Positions 54,890 to 58,536 of a DNA stretch of 58,536 nt are shown in pieces. Below the pieces are notes generated by a model. The model was not told the DNA's origin. It saw only the letters and a program-made list of their open reading frames with translations, and made no database searches. Origin of the DNA: Bigelowiella natans CCMP2755 (taxonomy: Eukaryota; Protista; Cercozoa); the NCBI GenBank assembly GCA_000320545.1, contig ADNK01000552.1:1-58536 (forward strand), in the 5' to 3' direction. The translations under genes were made by a program, and so were the position numbers. The first letter of the stretch is position 1. Every line of letters starts with the position of its first letter.

Positions 54890-55047
54890 TCCATTCTCAC
54901 CATTAGGATAGTTTACGCATGATCTTATTACCAAATTGGCAGTCTTAAATCGCCGATCAAAGTGGAAAATTGCAACGCAGCCGTCGCCGTCGGCAGTTCC
55001 GAACAAGAAGTTCGTGCCCTCTGCCCACAGGGGCTTCCTTCCTTCCC

Positions 55048-56512
55048 ATGGCAGAAGCACCTCCACGGTTAGAGCTCTCTGAAGAGCTCAGGGCTCAGCT
55101 TGGGTGGGTGCATCTCCCCACCTAGATATATTTCCAACGAATTCTGCAAGCATTACATTTATTTATAATTTGCTTAGGGAAAATGCCATCGCTGGGCCAA
55201 GGAAGAAGAGGAAGAAAGCTCCAGAGACGGTAGAAATTAGCAAGTTAGATGTTTGACTCCTCTCCATATAAGGAGGGCGAGAAGGGGGATCAGAAGGTTA
55301 ACTGATTCTGTCGACTCCTCTTTGCTCAACAGCGTACTCAGAGAAGAGCTCGCACAAAGAAAGAGCTTCGCAAGGTAGTACCCCACAAAAGGATGCCTGT
55401 CGCCAGAAATATGTTGACGGTGTCCTCTAATGATGATTTCGAAGTACATCGGCTAGAAACTTGCGCGTCCGCGTTGCAACCGATCGATTACTACATTATA
55501 AGGATTTGACCTCACGATAATCGTTTACAAAATGATGAGAATACTGTGTCTCTCCCAGCTGCAAAAGCTAAAAGAAGCGCGAGCAAAGAAGGAGAAACGT
55601 GCGGTATGGAGATCAATTATATCCTATTTTTCATCACATACATGTTTTATCTTTATTAGAAGCTGTACGCGTCTCTTGAGCAGTCGAAATTGAAGGACGA
55701 ACACCTCAAGTAAGCATACCCCGCCCCTTCAATATATACTTTATCGATGCTACTAGCTCTGAAGTGTATTATTATGTTATGGTTATCAAGGCTGCTACAT
55801 ACGACTCACCGACTTGGATCAAAGTTGACCAAGAAGATGAGAATCGAAAGGGCCTTTAGAGAACAGTAACAACTTGATTCACCCTTTCACATTTTGTGCT
55901 AACATACTATACTACACACACTTCGCACCGAGTTGTTTGATATGTCTCCAATGACTATGGTTCTCTCAATTGTTCAAAACACCTCAGAGCCGCTGGTATC
56001 GAGGCTAAAGATAAAGGGCTCTTGCTGACGGAGAAGGAGGTTGCTGCTTCTGCTTCCCACGATGATGATAATAATACGGGGGGTACCACGAAGGAGGAGG
56101 AGGAGAAGGAGGGGATGCAAAACAAGGCGGCCTTGGTTAGTGAGAAAGAGGACATAACTGCTGCTAATAGCAAGACTCCTGATTCGTCGAAAACAGCAGA
56201 AATTATGAAAGAAGACTCTGATTTGGAAGACGATTTTCCGATGTTGCTACCGGAGGGGGGAGGGAACGAAGAGGGAGATAAAGACGATGAGGAGGATGAT
56301 CATAATAGCGATGATGATGATGATAATGATGATAATCGTGACGACGGGGATGAAGAAGGCGATAGTGGTGATAATTAATACCAGAAATATTTATCGGCAT
56401 CACTCTGAGATGATGAAGCACAATACCCACACCCACACCCACCCCCCCCACCCCACACACAGTCACAGACTAATCCAAATACAAGACGAAGTATGATGAT
56501 CTTTTCACACCA

Positions 56513-56567
<55 letters not shown>

Positions 56568-56849
56568 CACACACGCACATATGACCAACCAATCAACGTA
56601 CAGATGCAGATTTCGCTGCGTTTGAAAAAAATAATGGTGGAGAGCCCACAAAGAAGAGAAAGAAGACAATGAAGGCAGCTGGTGATGACAATAGTGAGTT
56701 TGTATCAACTTCTTTTCTGGGGAAACCCATTCAAAAGATGCACCAACGCCGGTCAGCTCACAAATGAACACACACACGCACACTCGCATACATACACAGT
56801 CATATTGAGAATCTCCACATTCTTATAAATACATTGAAATATATAAATT

Positions 56850-56888
<39 letters not shown>

Positions 56889-56934
56889 GTTTCTCCAACA
56901 TTACTGAACATATTTACTCAACCAATTTGTGGGG

Positions 56935-56976
<42 letters not shown>

Positions 56977-57306
56977 GAACGTATAGTACCTCACCACATT
57001 GTCATATTCGCAATACGTCGAGAAATGATTAGTATCGACCCAAACGATATCGATCTTCCACATTAGAAAATGATGGTGGCTGCTATCTATCCCTCTCTTG
57101 TGTTTGTGTATGAATATTACCGTAGGGAAGTGGGGAGTAAGATGTTGATTGCCTTGTATTTCTATGATATTATTCCCTATTTCAGGAGGCGAAAGCGAGA
57201 GGTCATAATGGATTTCACGATGAAGGAGGAGGAGGAAGAGGAGGAGGGAGAAGGCAACACACAAGAACAAGAAAATGAAGAAAAACAAGATAATCCGGTA
57301 GTAGTG

Positions 57307-57337
<31 letters not shown>

Positions 57338-58536
57338 CAGTAGTAGTGTAGACAAAAAAGAGTTTCAAAAGTGCAGGATTCGCGTGTTTCGAGCATGACA
57401 TACTTGTCGTGATATAACAGCTGTTGTTCTAAACTTTTCACCCTTTCTCATTCCCAACTATCGATCTTTTTCGTTACGTCTTACTATAATAACAATAATA
57501 ACACTAATAGATTCACGGCACGATTGGAGAAGGAGGTGACTTCTATTCCACACAATTTCTCACGAAACCCATTCACAAGATGCACAACCGAAGGTAGTAG
57601 TAGTAGTAGGAGGAGGAGGAGGAGGAGGAGGAGGGGGATTAGGTATAGTTACAGCAGGGAGGGCACAAGGCATTTCTTTCTCTTCGGTATTTCGTTGCAT
57701 AGTTATATATAGCATTATATCGATATGTTTTGTGTATATGTATATGTAAGTATGTGTGTGTGTGTGTGTGTGTGTGCGTGTGGTTGATCTCCATTGCACC
57801 ATTGTCCCCCATCATCATCATCATCATTGTCGCTGTCGTTGTCGTGTTATTATTATCATCCCAACCTCCAACATGCCGTCTGTCTCAATTACAAAGACGG
57901 AGGAAGAGGGAGGTTATCCTCGATGAGGACTTTGAGGGCAAGATGGAAGAAGGAGACGATGAAGATGACGATGATGAGGAGGTGGAGGAGGAAGAAGAAT
58001 CAGAAGACGATAAAGATGATGATGATGATGATGATAATGAGGAGGAGGAGGAGGAGGAGGAGGAGGAAGAAGAGACCGCTCCGATATTACCGGGAACAAC
58101 GCTGGATGTGCGTTTTGGGCGCAGTAAGAACGATGTTCGCGTCAGCAACAACCCGTTTGTATACCTCGACTCAACCGAAGATGACAAGGAAAGGGGGGGG
58201 GAGGAGGAGGCTGAAGAGAAATCTTCCAAGGTGGGAGATGGGTTGGAGGGTGAATGAGAGGGGACTACAGAGCTAACACTAAAGCTACATAGCAACCAGC
58301 TTTCTTTGCGTTTGCTACATTGTCATGGTTTCATTGATTACGTGTTCCTATTGCTGCTCTTTGCATCGTCATCACTTCCTGCTTCCATTCTTTCTTTCAA
58401 TGATACTAACAGTTCTTCCGTCGAGTGCAACGAACAGAGTTAATCCAGAAGCAGAGGGAGGGGCTACCTGTGTGCGGAATGGAACAGGAAATCATGGAAG
58501 CGGTAGTTAGTATCCGGCGGGGGGGGGGGGGGGGGG
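55048..58536 (+). CDS. 5' portion of a DHX37/Dhr1 (ECM16)-like DEAH helicase; helicase core lies beyond the right edge
   Basis: Spliced MAEAPPRLELSEELRAQLG-ENAIAGPRKKRKK..KKELRKLQKLKEARAKKEKRAKLYASLEQSKLKDEHLKLLHTTHRLGSKLTKKMRIERAFREQAAGI followed by acidic low-complexity exons. Resembles the conserved Dhr1 N-terminus; no helicase motif is visible in the window. Confidence 0.6.

Noticed and set aside
1-58536. Genome-wide stop-codon reassignment as the explanation for the internal TGA/TAA codons
   Set aside because: TAA and TAG end most genes here at homologous C-termini and TGA appears to end the Arp gene; long conserved genes showed no internal stops in the exons I translated.
1-58536. CRISPR arrays, transposons, tRNA or rRNA genes
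   Set aside because: No repeat-spacer arrays, TIR/LTR pairs, transposase or RT motifs, or tRNA/rRNA-like sequences were recognised by eye.

Overview
Intron-rich eukaryotic nuclear DNA with GT-AG introns and heavy microsatellite load. The organism is most plausibly an alga with a secondary plastid, such as a chlorarachniophyte; this is inferred from a bipartite signal+transit leader on a plastid-type S17. Most ORF-track entries are microsatellite artefacts, so I reconstructed genes by hand-splicing. About 15 genes result, in order: insulinase/IDE (-, runs off left edge), bacterial-like SAM methyltransferase (+), intronless plastid-type rpS17 (-), RluA pseudouridine synthase with a sigma70 region-4-like HTH (+), DBP10/DDX54 (-), NOG1 (+), LITAF-domain protein (-), Arp1-like actin-related protein (+), a hidden SelM/Sep15-family selenoprotein with in-frame UGA (-), pepsin-like protease (+), OFA-type MFS transporter with an in-frame TAA (+), SNAP-25-like Qbc-SNARE with an apparent in-frame TGA inside its Cys cluster (-), RJL-type GTPase fused to SAP-like and auxilin-like J domains (+), WD40 protein (-), and the 5' part of a DHX37/Dhr1-like helicase (+, runs off right edge). 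Fourteen of the 15 genes sit in head-to-head pairs, and the 3' spacers share a palindrome-rich composition. The best candidates for something new are a possibly UGA-recoded (Sec or readthrough) SNAP-25, the RJL-SAP-J fusion and the sigma4-RluA fusion. All exon models are by eye and lack transcript support.
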